Source of the DNA: Octopus sinensis
Taxonomy: Eukaryota
Assembly: GCF_006345805.1 (NCBI RefSeq)
Contig: NC_043011.1
Coordinates: 60,586,464 to 60,650,463, forward strand
Direction: 5' to 3'
DNA length: 64,000 nucleotides
In this document: in pieces, positions 25,365 to 36,407 of the stretch
How positions within the stretch are numbered: the stretch's first letter is position 1
Layout: each line of letters begins with the position of its first letter
Made by a program: the position numbers and the translations under genes
Notes under the pieces: model-generated
The model's database searches: none
What the model was told of the DNA's origin: nothing
What the model saw: only the letters and a program-made list of their open reading frames with translations

Positions 25365-25797
25365 GGCAGTGAGCTGGGTGAAATGCTCAGCGGTATTTCA
25401 TCTGTCTTTACGTTCTGAGTTCAAATTCCGCCGCGGTCGACTTTGCCTTTCATCCTTTAGGGGTTGATAAATTAAGTACCAGTTGTGTACTGGGGTCGAC
25501 CTAATCAACTGGTCCCCTCTCCCAAAATTTCAGGCCTTGTGCCTAGGGGAGAAAAGATTATTATTATCATCATTATTATTAAGGCAGCAAGCTGGCAGAA
25601 ACGATAGACACACCAGGCGAAATGCTTAGCAGTGTTTTGTATGCCTTTGTTCTGAGTTCAAATTCTGCTGAGATTGACTTTGCCTTTCATCCTTTTGTGG
25701 TCGATAAATTAGGTACCAGTCACATACTGGGGTCAATTTAACTGACTGGCCCCCTCCCCCAAAATTTGGGGCCTTGTGCCTAAAGTAGAAAAGAATA
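25365..25797 (+). mobile_element. Two tandem SINE family A copies
   Basis: Units at about 25365-25560 and 25581-25797. Confidence 0.85.
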
Positions 25798-26342
25798 TGT
25801 CCTAGTGTTAAATAACAACAAGATATATACGACATTCCTTAGCCTAAAGAAGTCTTTTGTCAATGTACAGTAGTCTCTTCGAACGCTGAGGAGAGAGAGA
25901 AAGAGAGAAGTTAATACAGGAAAGAGAGAAGCTAATAGGAGAAAGAGAGGGAGAAAGAGAAAGGCAACTAAAAGACCTGTTGGTCTTTTTTGCCAAACCA
26001 TGAGTTGACAACCCTCAATACTAACCCCTCCCACCACTCATTACTTGGTGACCTCACTGCTGCTGCTGGTACCCCACAAAAAGGACCCAGTCCACTCTGT
26101 AAAGTGGTTGGCTTTGGGAAGGAGAGCCAACCATAGAAACCATGTCAATGCAGACAGCAGTTATCTGACTTGCCAGTTCCTATAGAACCACCCAATCCAT
26201 GCTAGCATGGAAAACGAAATTTAAATGATACACACACAACACACACACACACAGTTGAAATTTACAGAAAAATAAAAGATGAAGACAGGTGTATGAACAA
26301 TAAGCAGGTGTATTAGTTTGATGCTTGGGAAACTGAGAAAAT

Positions 26343-26379
26343 CTTTTACATTTTGAGCCTACACTCTTCAACAGAAAGG
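26343..26379 (-). ncRNA. Decayed ultra-minimal hammerhead motif
   Basis: CTTT-CTGTTGA-A-GAGT-gtag-GCTC-AAAAT-GTA-AAAG. Confidence 0.55.
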
Positions 26380-26530
26380 AACACGAGAAAATAAACAGAG
26401 AGAGAATAAAAGAACTTGTAGATTTAGTGATCAATTCATGGCGGCTGGTTGGAAAATGGTGGTTGACAGAAGAGCTAGGAAGAAGGGGAGATAATAAAGT
26501 ACTGGTGATCCCAAAACAAAGGTGTGCATG

Positions 26531-26630
26531 NNNNNNNNNNNNNNNNNNNNNNNNNNNNNNNNNNNNNNNNNNNNNNNNNNNNNNNNNNNNNNNNNNNNNN
26601 NNNNNNNNNNNNNNNNNNNNNNNNNNNNNN
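26531..26630. other. Assembly gap (100 N)
   Basis: Run of n flanked by (TG)n. Confidence 1.
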
Positions 26631-26889
26631 GTGTGTGTGTGTCATGTACATATATACATGCATATAAATGTGTGTGCATATATGTATGCGTGTATGTCAC
26701 ATGCATTTGTAAGGGTGCGTGTGTGAGTGTGTGTGTGTGAAAATGTCATTAGTGATGGACCTTTGCTGAAACTGCCGTGCAGTAGAGACACATATGTTGG
26801 CCGTTGTTATATTTAAGTTGTAGAAAACTTTTTCACAACAAAGTTGTGGATGGAAAAAATCTCCATTACTTAAATACTTTCTACCTTAA

Positions 26890-26920
26890 TATATATATAT
26901 ATATATATAAGGTGATATAT

Positions 26921-26975
<55 letters not shown>

Positions 26976-27396
26976 CATATATATACATATACATATATAT
27001 GCATATATATATATGCATATATCTATATGCATATATAACATATATATGCATATATATACATATATATATACATATATACATATATACATATATATACAGG
27101 TGGTGCTATTAAGTTAGACATGGCCTGGGCCAATAATGGCTGAAACCTATCAAAGTATCAAAGTATATATACATATAATATATATATACAATATATGCAT
27201 ATATATATATAATATATATAATATATATGCATATATATATGCATATATATACATATATATGCATATATATATATATATATATATATATGCATATATATAT
27301 GCATATATATGCATATATATGCATATATATGCATATATATATATATGCATACATATACGTATATATATACATACATACATATATATATATATATAT

Positions 27397-27436
<40 letters not shown>

Positions 27437-27500
27437 TATGTGCAATACACACACACACCACATGCACACACACACAAACACACACACACACACACATACA
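26890..27500. repeat. Compound (TA)/(ATATATGCAT)/(CA) microsatellite
   Basis: About 600 bp of near-strict purine-pyrimidine alternation. Confidence 0.95.
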
Positions 27501-27798
27501 CATAGTTATTGATTTATTTCATACCTGAGAAGACTGTAAATATTTCACCTCTGAATTATAAATATGTATAGCCTCCATATGTGACTTACCTGGAAAAAAA
27601 AGAATAAGAAAAAAATGAAAAAAAGATTATTTTAATATCAAGAGATTTAAACATAACACAATTCATTATAAGCAACAACTTTTTTTGTCAATATATACGC
27701 TGATATTTAGTCACCCTCTCATTCACCTGTTTATTCTCATACAACACAACACAGATGGAAAAGCAACATTAATAATTGTATATATTTTTCTATTTCAG

Positions 27799-27925
27799 GA
27801 CAGTAATCTTTTCTATGTATGTCAAAGCTTTCCCAAATAAACTTGCATTTCGTTTTGGAAACTCTGAGGAAGCTATAAGGCATGCGTTCACTGCACGTGT
27901 AGCAGAAACGACTACAAACTATTGA
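27799..27925 (+). CDS. Candidate terminal coding exon, unknown product
   Basis: Strong acceptor tatttttctatttcag; open frame TVIFSMYVKAFPNKLAFRFGNSEEAIRHAFTARVAETTTNY* in non-repeat DNA; no homology recognised. Confidence 0.25.
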
Positions 27926-28156
27926 AGTCCTTTTATAATTTCCATTTCCTTTGTCAATGAATTTCACACACACACACACACACACATATATCAAGAGGTA
28001 ATTTTGATCTCCAACTCAGTGTAGAGATTGTGTTAGAACACAAAATACTGAGTTATTTATTTTAAGAGGACCTCCCATAAGGACTCCTGGTGCATAAGGT
28101 TACCTTTTGGTGTGATGCTGCTTCTGTCGGTATCAATTGTTATTGGAACATATATG

Positions 28157-28159
<3 letters not shown>

Positions 28160-28226
<67 letters not shown>

Positions 28227-28315
28227 AGAAAGAGAAGGAGAGATGACAGAGAGAGAAAGAGAAAGAAAGAGAGAGAGACAGAGAGAGAAAGAGAAAGAAA
28301 GAGAGAGAGACAGAG

Positions 28316-28346
<31 letters not shown>

Positions 28347-28525
28347 AAGAGAGAGAGACAGACAGAGAGAGAAAGAGAAAGAAAGAAAGAGAGAGAGAGA
28401 GAGAAAGAGAAAGAAAGAGAAAGAGAGACAGAGAGAGAAAGAGAGAGACATAGAGGGAAAGAGAAAGAAAGAGAGAGAGAGAGAGACAGAGAGAGAGAAA
28501 GAGAAAGAAAGAAAGAGAGAGAGAG
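28160..28525. repeat. (GA)n/(GAAA)n/(GACA)n purine tract
   Basis: Direct reading. Confidence 0.95.
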
Positions 28526-29379
28526 TTATAGAAAATGCATTTTCTATAACTAATCTAAAATTTCAAAACAGATTTGTTTTCGAATTTAAGAAAAACATAA
28601 AAGGCATTTCACAATATGTTGAGTTCATTTTCACATTACATCTGTCTACACAACTTAAAATAACTGCCAGCCAAGTGGTAATGCAGCTCTCTGGCTGTCT
28701 GTCTGTCTCTCCCCTTCTCCCTCTTTCTCTCTCTCTCACTCTTTCTCTCTCTCTCTCTCTTTCTCTCTTTTCAGCTCTTCACATTCTCAATATTCTCTTA
28801 GGTCAAGGGTGAAAGTGTTGAGGGGATGTGTCAATGACCGGACTGCATGTGACTACAGAGTCACCTTAAGCAACATGTGAAAGCATGGTGCAAGCCACAA
28901 GAGCATGCTTCCAAATGACAGCAAAGCTTAGACACACACACACACACTGTTTTAATGTCCACATTTTTATGCTTGCATAGATGGAGCATACAGAGGTAGC
29001 TTTTTTACGGCTGTATGCCCTTCCTGTCATCAACCCTCGCTTGTTTCTAAGCAAAGCAATATTTCTTTGTAGCCAGACATGGTTTCACAGAAGCTAGAAA
29101 TGAATGACACTGCGTGTATAACAGTGACACTCATTTACAACAACTGCACAATGCCAAGACATGGAGGGGACAGAAACACACAGACACACACAGACATACA
29201 AAGTTCTTACCATAAAGCAATGCCTAGATCCCTATTCTTTATTATTTCTCATCAGCAGAAATTTACAAAAGCAACTCAGTGGGTGAGGAATCCGTGCATG
29301 GCATTTACTAAACTGACAAGTGCCATGCATGAAACTCTCAGACCTGAAGTAACTTTTGTAACTACCTGCTAATCGAAAA

Positions 29380-29905
29380 TCATCATCATCATCATCGTTT
29401 AACGTTTGCTTTCCATGCTAGCATGGGTTGGACGTGTGACTAAGGGCTGGCGAACCAGTTGGCTGCACCAGGCTTCAATCTTGATCTGGCGGAGTTTCTA
29501 CAGCTGGATGTCCTTCCTAACGCTAACCACTCCGAGAGTGTAGTGGGTGCTTTTTACATGACACCAGCATGGGGGCCAGTCAGGTGGTACTGGCAACGAC
29601 CTCGCTCGAATTTTTTCTTCTTCTACACATGCCAATGGCACAGGTGCCAGTAAGGTGACGCTGGAAATGATCCCACTCGAATGGTGTCTCCTACATGCCA
29701 CTGGCACAGAAGCCAGTTAGCCGCTCTGGCAACAAACACACTCGGATGGTGCTCTTAGCACCCTACAAGCACGGGGCACAAATGCCAGTAAGGCGAAGCT
29801 GGTAACAATCACACTCGAATGGTGCCTTTTATGTGCAACTGGCATGGAAGCCGGTTAGCCACTCTGTCAACGATCACGCTCGTATGGTGCTCGTGCCAGT
29901 CATCG
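29380..29905 (-). mobile_element. Family C retroposon with multi-unit VNTR head
   Basis: Reverse complement of the 18725-19190 architecture. Confidence 0.85.
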
Positions 29906-30178
29906 AATTTCACTTTGATTGTATATACATATTTGATTGTATATATATATAATATATATATATATATATACATATACACACCCACACATTCAAGGTAGAA
30001 CCACATAGAAAGCCCTCAGTACACTCTGTAAAGTGGTTAGCAATAGGAAGAGCATCCAGCTGCAGAATCTTTGCCAAGAAAGACAGTTGGAGCCTGGTGC
30101 AGCTCTCCATCTTGCCAACTCCTGTCAAACCATCCAACCCATACCAATATGGAAAACAGACATTAAATAATGATGATG

Positions 30179-30210
<32 letters not shown>

Positions 30211-30724
30211 TATATATATATACACACACACACATACATCGATATAAATACACAACCATAACATATGAATCATTAACACAAAATCCTGTTTCTGACAAGA
30301 TTTATGAATTAAATGCTACAAATAAAGACAACACTTGATGTTTTAATTGAAACAGTTAGATGTTCATATCACTTGAATATAAATCAATAATGGATTCATA
30401 ATATTGATATGCAACATCTTCACATAAAAAGCAAAGACAAATAGAAAAGAAAACACAAGAGAAAAACAAAACAAAACAAAAGGCTTCCACCGTTCCTCAT
30501 AAATTCCATATTATCTGCTTTACCCAACTGAGATCTATCCAGATTTATGGTTGACAGGAACTCAATTCCTACTGGTAATTCTCTTCACAGACATCAGTTG
30601 CCTTCCACACTTCCTTTCACGCAAACTGCCACCATCTTTATCCTACTATTCTTTTTTCCTCTTTCTTCCCAGCCTATGATGCTTGAGTGGGTAACGATTG
30701 TAACCTCTACCAACCCTGACTTGA

Positions 30725-31062
30725 CACTTCTCTCCCTGTGTTCTCATCTGTCCCTGCACTCTCTTCTGTCACCGTGCTCTCTTTTGTCCCCATGCTCTTT
30801 TCTGCCTCTGCAAACTCTTCCATCCCCATGCTCTCTTCTCTCCCTGCGCTCTCTTTTGTCCCAGCACTCTCTTCTGCACCTGTGAACTCTTCCGTCCTCA
30901 TGCTCACTTCCGTCCCCGTGCACTCTTCAGTCCCCACACACTCTTCTGTCCCCTCTCTCTCTTCAGTCCCCACACACTCTTCTGTCCCTTCTCTCTCTTC
31001 TGTCCCCATGCTCTTTTCTGTCCCCGCACCCTCTTCTGTCTCTGCGCTCTCTTCTCCCACCA
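30725..31062. repeat. 18-bp minisatellite (about 18-19 units)
   Basis: Consensus ctcttctgtccccatgct with an exact 18-nt period; gives hexapeptide-repeat ORFs on both strands. Confidence 0.9.
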
Positions 31063-33009
31063 CCCTTTCTCATGAGATTATACCTCGGTTGCTTATCCTC
31101 CTGTCATCTCTATTCACTGCTCTACCCACCCACATACAAAGTGGAGAAACACTGAATTTCCTCCAACTCAACTCTCTTTACTACAACTCCCACTTTATCT
31201 CATTAATCCCTTGACACTACATTTCCATTTCCCTCCTATAACCCTCTTCCATCCTTTCTCTCCTTCATGCACCACTTCACCTACCCATGTAGGATGATAA
31301 CATAACACTCCTGCAGCTCAACTCTCCCCACTCTCCTACCACTAACTCACACTAAACCCCTGACACAACATTTCATTTCCTTTTTTATTGCAACCTTCTC
31401 TACCACTGTTTTGTTAGTCCTTCTCCTACCACTCTCTCTTACAAACAATAAAACTGTGTAACTCCACCAAGAATTCTCTAGGACCTTGATGACCCATCCA
31501 AACCATGTTGGTATGACAAAAAGACTGATTCGCCTCATCCCTGGGCCCACCAACTCCTTGCACCCCATTACTGTTAGAACTTTGGCCATCCTCTCCTTCA
31601 TACTAATCCTTGATATTATTCTTCCTATCTCCTGCAACACTGTTCTTTCTGTTTTCCTTTCCATTACCATCCTCACAACTGTAAATTAATTCCATAAATC
31701 ATAACGGTTCTCTTTTAAGTTGACCCTAATAGTGTTGGTGCCACAAAATACATCCACAAGATTTTGTGATTGGTAATCAATTTAAGTAACACCTATGCAG
31801 GCATCGAAAGCTTTCTTCAGTCTTGCTGATGAAGAAGCAACTTCTGTAGTGCTGCTGCCATGGGGAAATACATCAAGTACATTCTATGAACTGGTTGGGA
31901 TTAGGAAAGGCATCCAGCCAAAGAAACCAGGCTAAAAATAAGACACGGGAGCAAGACAAGTTCCTCCATCTTATTGAATCCTGTTGAACAATCCTACCTA
32001 TTCCAGCATGGAAAACAGGCATAAAATGATGAGGATGTGTATACAGGTATGTGTGTTTGTGTGTGAATGTATGCCTATGTACACACACACACACATAAAT
32101 GTATACATAAATATATACATATATATATCTAGTATATGCACATATATGTGTATACATATGCATGTATATATACACATACATATAATGTGGCACTTCACAA
32201 TATAAAGGAAAGAAGACTGTACGTATTAAATACACACACACAAAAATATGTGTGCACGTGCACACACACACACACAACATATATGTATCATTAACACAAA
32301 ATCCTGTTTCTGACAAGTTCCATAGTATAAATGCCACAGATAAGCCATCAATTGAGGTTTTAATTGAAACATTTAGACCATCATATATAAATATGATCTT
32401 GGATATAAATCGATACAAGATTCATAGTAAAACTGTGCAACATTTTCATGGAAAACAAAGGATGTAAAAGAAAAAAAAGCAATCACTACATAGAAAAAAA
32501 TATTAAAACAAAAAAGCAAGAAGGGGAAAAAAAAAAAAAAAGACAAGATTAATGGTGATAAATAGACTTAAATTATAGGAAAGTATGAATAGTAATAAAA
32601 TACATATTGTAATACTTAACAAATTTACTCTTTTACATAAAAGTGATGAATCTAAAGTGATAGAAATGGTAATTCTCCATTTGTAAAATGCCTGTCATCA
32701 ACCAACAACCATTCTGTCAGATATAATTATTTCTATGAGTCATTATTCTACCAAGAGATTTTATATAAACCATAGAGAAACACAGCCGGAACATGAAGAG
32801 ATGTAATACTTGAGAAGAAAAGCACAAAACTTGAAGTTCTGACACCAGTTAAATTTAATACTGTTTGATATCAATTTAGATCTTCATCACACCTAATTCA
32901 ACACTTCAGAACAGAAGTTAACACTTTGTTATTCCATATAAGCTGAGGATATCTGTGAAAAAAAACTAATTTATTTCCGGAGTAAACCACATTCAATATT
33001 CATTGCTCC

Positions 33010-33375
33010 ATCATCTCTATTTTACCAATGCTTGCAATTCATCACCGCAATTCATCACTTGTGGTTCGCTGTCATCTCTTTCATCAGATTCACCGTCTCA
33101 ATATCAATTTTCATTACTTCATAAAGCCTAAGTTTCCCCCTTTTTGCTTGGATCTTCATCACGCAACTGTCATCCTTCATATGTAATTCATATCAACACC
33201 TGTGCCATTTTCTCTCTTGCAAATTGCAGCTTGTTTCACCGACATCCCATTTCCATCCAAGCCCATTTGTCTTCTAATATTACACATCTAGCAGAGCATG
33301 CTCATCTCATTTTTGTACCCAGCCTTCACACATCTCTCTTATTTGATGCCCATGTTTGGCTACCATATAATATCC
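33010..33375 (-). mobile_element. RTE-clade LINE RT C-terminal remnant
   Basis: Minus strand GSQTW...NEMSML...MCNI corresponds to YGSETW...EMxMLRWMC; heavily decayed. Confidence 0.7.
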
Positions 33376-34174
33376 TAGGCTCAAGGCCTGCAATTTCAGA
33401 AGATCAAAAACTCAATATGAAATGCAGCAAGATTTGCAAAGATAGTGACAATGTATGAATATTTACACAATATAATACATTGATTTGTATACCAAAAAAT
33501 ATGGTATATCATTTTTTCCAGTCCCAGGAGGAGAAAAAAACAAAGAGGATTTTGGCACTAATAAACTGGAACACTTGAATGAAAAGACATTTTGATCCAA
33601 GTATTAAAAAGACTCGTAAATTAAATATTAAAGAAATAACAGGCCTAGTTGTTGGATGTTATCCAGAAAGTTGGAGAAATATAACATTTCCCATGATACC
33701 TCTCACCAGGAATTGGCACAAATTGACAAACTGGAATTGCAATGCAATAATTGATGAGGAGGTAAAAAAAAAAACAGTTTAATGATTTCCATTAAAAATG
33801 AATTAACATGAATAAATATTTCTTTGAAACTGATAATATCACTGTCATTACTTAGTCTCTCGTTATGTGCATTACAATATAGATGTGTGTGTGGCCTGGT
33901 GGTTAAGGCGTTGATCTGACAATCATGGGTTCAGTTCCTTGACTGAATGGTGCATTGTATTCTTGAGGAGAACACTTCATTTCACGTTGCACCAGTCCAC
34001 TCAGCTGTAAATGGGTCCCCTCTTGTGACAGATTAGCTTTCCAATTAGGGTGACTGTTGGCCTGATTGCCTTACTAGTGGGGTGGCCTCATCAAAAAGGT
34101 AGAAATAATGCAAAGCACACTGTGACCAGTGATGTATAACAACATCATATAGTTTGGTCCATCATGTGATATAC

Positions 34175-34212
<38 letters not shown>

Positions 34213-34289
34213 GTGTGTGTGTGTGTATATATGTATATGTATGTATATATATATGTGTATATATGTATATGTATGTTAAATATTTAAAT

Positions 34290-34352
34290 CACCTGAAGAA
34301 TGACTGTAACCCGAAATTTTAAGAATTGGACAGCCATGAAATGATCGTAGTG
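34290..34352 (+). ncRNA. Type-I minimal hammerhead ribozyme, near-canonical
   Basis: CAC/GTG stem I; CTGAAGA; stem II ATGACTGT/ACAGCCAT (7 of 8); GAAAT-GATC-GTA (U.G pair in stem III). Confidence 0.72.
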
Positions 34353-34687
34353 TTATACTAATTATCATTTTTAATAATTTTGATATATATTTAAAATAAT
34401 ATAAATTAATTAATCTTATGTATTGGCTTGAGTTTTTCATTGTATGATTTGCCTAATAGTGGTTTTATCTCTAATTTAATATAATATAATATTTTACTAT
34501 AAAATTGGATTCAATCCTAAATCTGATTTTTCTCTGTAAGTTAGGATTTATTCCCTAATATTTTATTTTATATATATATATATATATAATAAAAAAAAAA
34601 GAAAGAACACAACAAGAAAAAAACAACAATGCAAGGATGTGGTACATGCAAAGTATTAGCAGATGCTCAGAGAAGGAAAGAAAAGTA

Positions 34688-34722
34688 GTTTTACATTTTG
34701 AGCAAAGCTCTTTGTCAGAAAC
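34688..34722 (-). ncRNA. Decayed ultra-minimal hammerhead motif
   Basis: GTTT-CTGACAA-A-GAGC-ttt-GCTC-AAAAT-GTA-AAAC; stem I covaries relative to the 7370 and 26343 copies. Confidence 0.55.
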
Positions 34723-34989
34723 AGGTGACAGAGGAAAGTCTAAAAGAAAAGGAAGATGGAGGAAAAAAATACAAATCGCCAATTCACATGTGGTTAAGGC
34801 CAGTTTATGGGATTACCTTAGGTTTCTCATCCATAAAGGGTTTAGCCTTATGGCATATCATCAGATCCCAAAAACCTGTTGGCCCATGACCGCTTAAAAT
34901 TGGGTCAACAGGTTTTAGGGATCTGACGGTATGCCATAAGGCTAAACCCTTTATGGACAGGAAACCCAAGGTAATCCCACTAGCCAACC

Positions 34990-35235
34990 TCCCCCATTTT
35001 TTTATAAAAAGCACCATCCGTCCGTGGCCGTTTACCAGCTCCATCTGGCACCTGTGCGGGTGGCACATAAAAAGCACCCACTACACTCACGGAGTGGTTG
35101 GTGTTAGGAAGGGCATCCAGCCGTAGAAACACTGCCAGATCAGACTGGGCCTGATGCAGCCTTCTGGCTTCACAGACCCCAGTTGAACCGTCCAACCCAT
35201 GCCAGCATGGAAAGCGGACGCTAAATGATAATGAT
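34990..35235 (+). mobile_element. Family C retroposon (short head)
   Basis: About 2 head units, conserved body, GAT tail. Confidence 0.85.
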
Positions 35236-35407
35236 TGCTCAACATCTTAGAGTGTGCCTCTTCCTTCAGATTTACGTTTTCTACAAACAATCTATATACA
35301 TATATATATACCAGAGTAGGAGCACCAAGCAGTTATAAGTACAATTGTTATGTAATTATCGGTTTGGATATGCTTCATATGTTCAAACTGGCGAACAAGC
35401 TACTCAC

Positions 35408-35461
35408 TGCATTTTGTTACGGAGAATATATCCTGTTTGTTGACAAATGGTGTGTATACAC
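35408..35461 (-). CDS. Candidate 54-nt internal exon
   Basis: Acceptor ...atctgatctag, donor GTGAGT; two open frames (VYTPFVNKQDIFSVTKC or CIHTICQQTGYILRNKM). Confidence 0.2.
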
Positions 35462-35547
35462 CTAGATCAGATTGCAGTGACAAAACACAGTGGGTAGCTT
35501 GTTCACTGGTTTGAACATGCCTCAAGCATTTTCAGACTGATAACATT

Positions 35548-35590
<43 letters not shown>

Positions 35591-35836
35591 ACTCTTGTCT
35601 TTTGCTTCCAGTACTCTTGCTCTTTATTTCTTTTTTTTTAACTTTTATTTTTTTCTCTCTATTTTCTTTTTTATTTTTTTCTTTCTATCTTTTTTTCCTT
35701 CCTATCTTATACAAGAGAATTGAATATAAACCCATTCCAATCTATTTAACATTCACTCTATGTTGACTGGTGATACAGTATGGGCAGATTTTCGAAATCC
35801 AATGAATCTTTATACATTTATAAAGTTAGGCAATTT

Positions 35837-35900
35837 TACAAATACACTTTTTCAAGAACCTATCATAATACAAATACACTTTTTCAAGAACCTGTCATAA
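35837..35900. repeat. 32-bp tandem duplication
   Basis: tacaaatacactttttcaagaacct(a/g)tcataa twice. Confidence 0.9.
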
Positions 35901-35966
35901 TGGGTAATACTACATGTGCTTTTCATATTTTTTATAGTGTGATGTAATTCTTTGGACTAACAATGT

Positions 35967-36061
35967 TTGTGGCTGAAGAAAGCTTTAAACCATCTTTCAT
36001 ATCAATAATACACTGATGTAAGAACGGATTGTTTATAAAGCTTGAAACACGTGTACCGTGA
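35967..36061 (+). ncRNA. Type-I minimal hammerhead ribozyme, canonical core
   Basis: Stem I TTGTGG/CCGTGA (2 GC, 3 GU, 1 AU); CTGAAGA 35973-79; stem II AAGCTTTA/TAAAGCTT; GAAAC-ACGT-GTA 36044-55. Confidence 0.82.
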
Positions 36062-36093
36062 TATCCTTTGTGTTCTGTTTTTAATTTTATTTG

Positions 36094-36136
<43 letters not shown>

Positions 36137-36357
36137 CACACACACAAAATTAAAGTAAATACAGGTTGCAATATTTCAGCAAAAAGGAGAACTATATTTG
36201 TCACTATATGTGACTGGGGTGTTAATAGGGTGTTAAGAAACACTTACATTGATAGAAATAAGAGCTAAATCACTCTAATGCTGTAGTTAATGCACATGAA
36301 TGAAAACATATACACTAACAGGGACCAAAATTGTCCAAAAAATGTTGACTGAGAATT

Positions 36358-36407
36358 TTTGAGACTGACATCATTTCTGGCAATTTCTGTTGCCATCATC
36401 AGTTAAA
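36358..36407 (-). ncRNA. Hammerhead ribozyme motif with an apparent 1-nt deletion
   Basis: TTTAA-CTGATGA-TGGCAA-cagaaa-TTGCCA-GAAA(_)TGATGTCA-GTC-TCAAA; perfect 6-bp stem II; C15.2 missing. Confidence 0.62.

Noticed and set aside
26531-26630. ORFs spanning the N run
   Set aside because: Artefacts of the assembly gap.
28090-28812. 240-aa ER/K-rich ORF
   Set aside because: Open only because of the (GA)n tract; no splice or homology support.
16116-29653. Recurrent MAAPG...LDALPNANHSESVVGAF ORFs
   Set aside because: Antisense translations of the family C repeat body, not a gene family.
31805-31850. Facing CTGATGAAG / CTGAAGAAAG motifs
   Set aside because: No matching GAAAC-GUH half on either strand.
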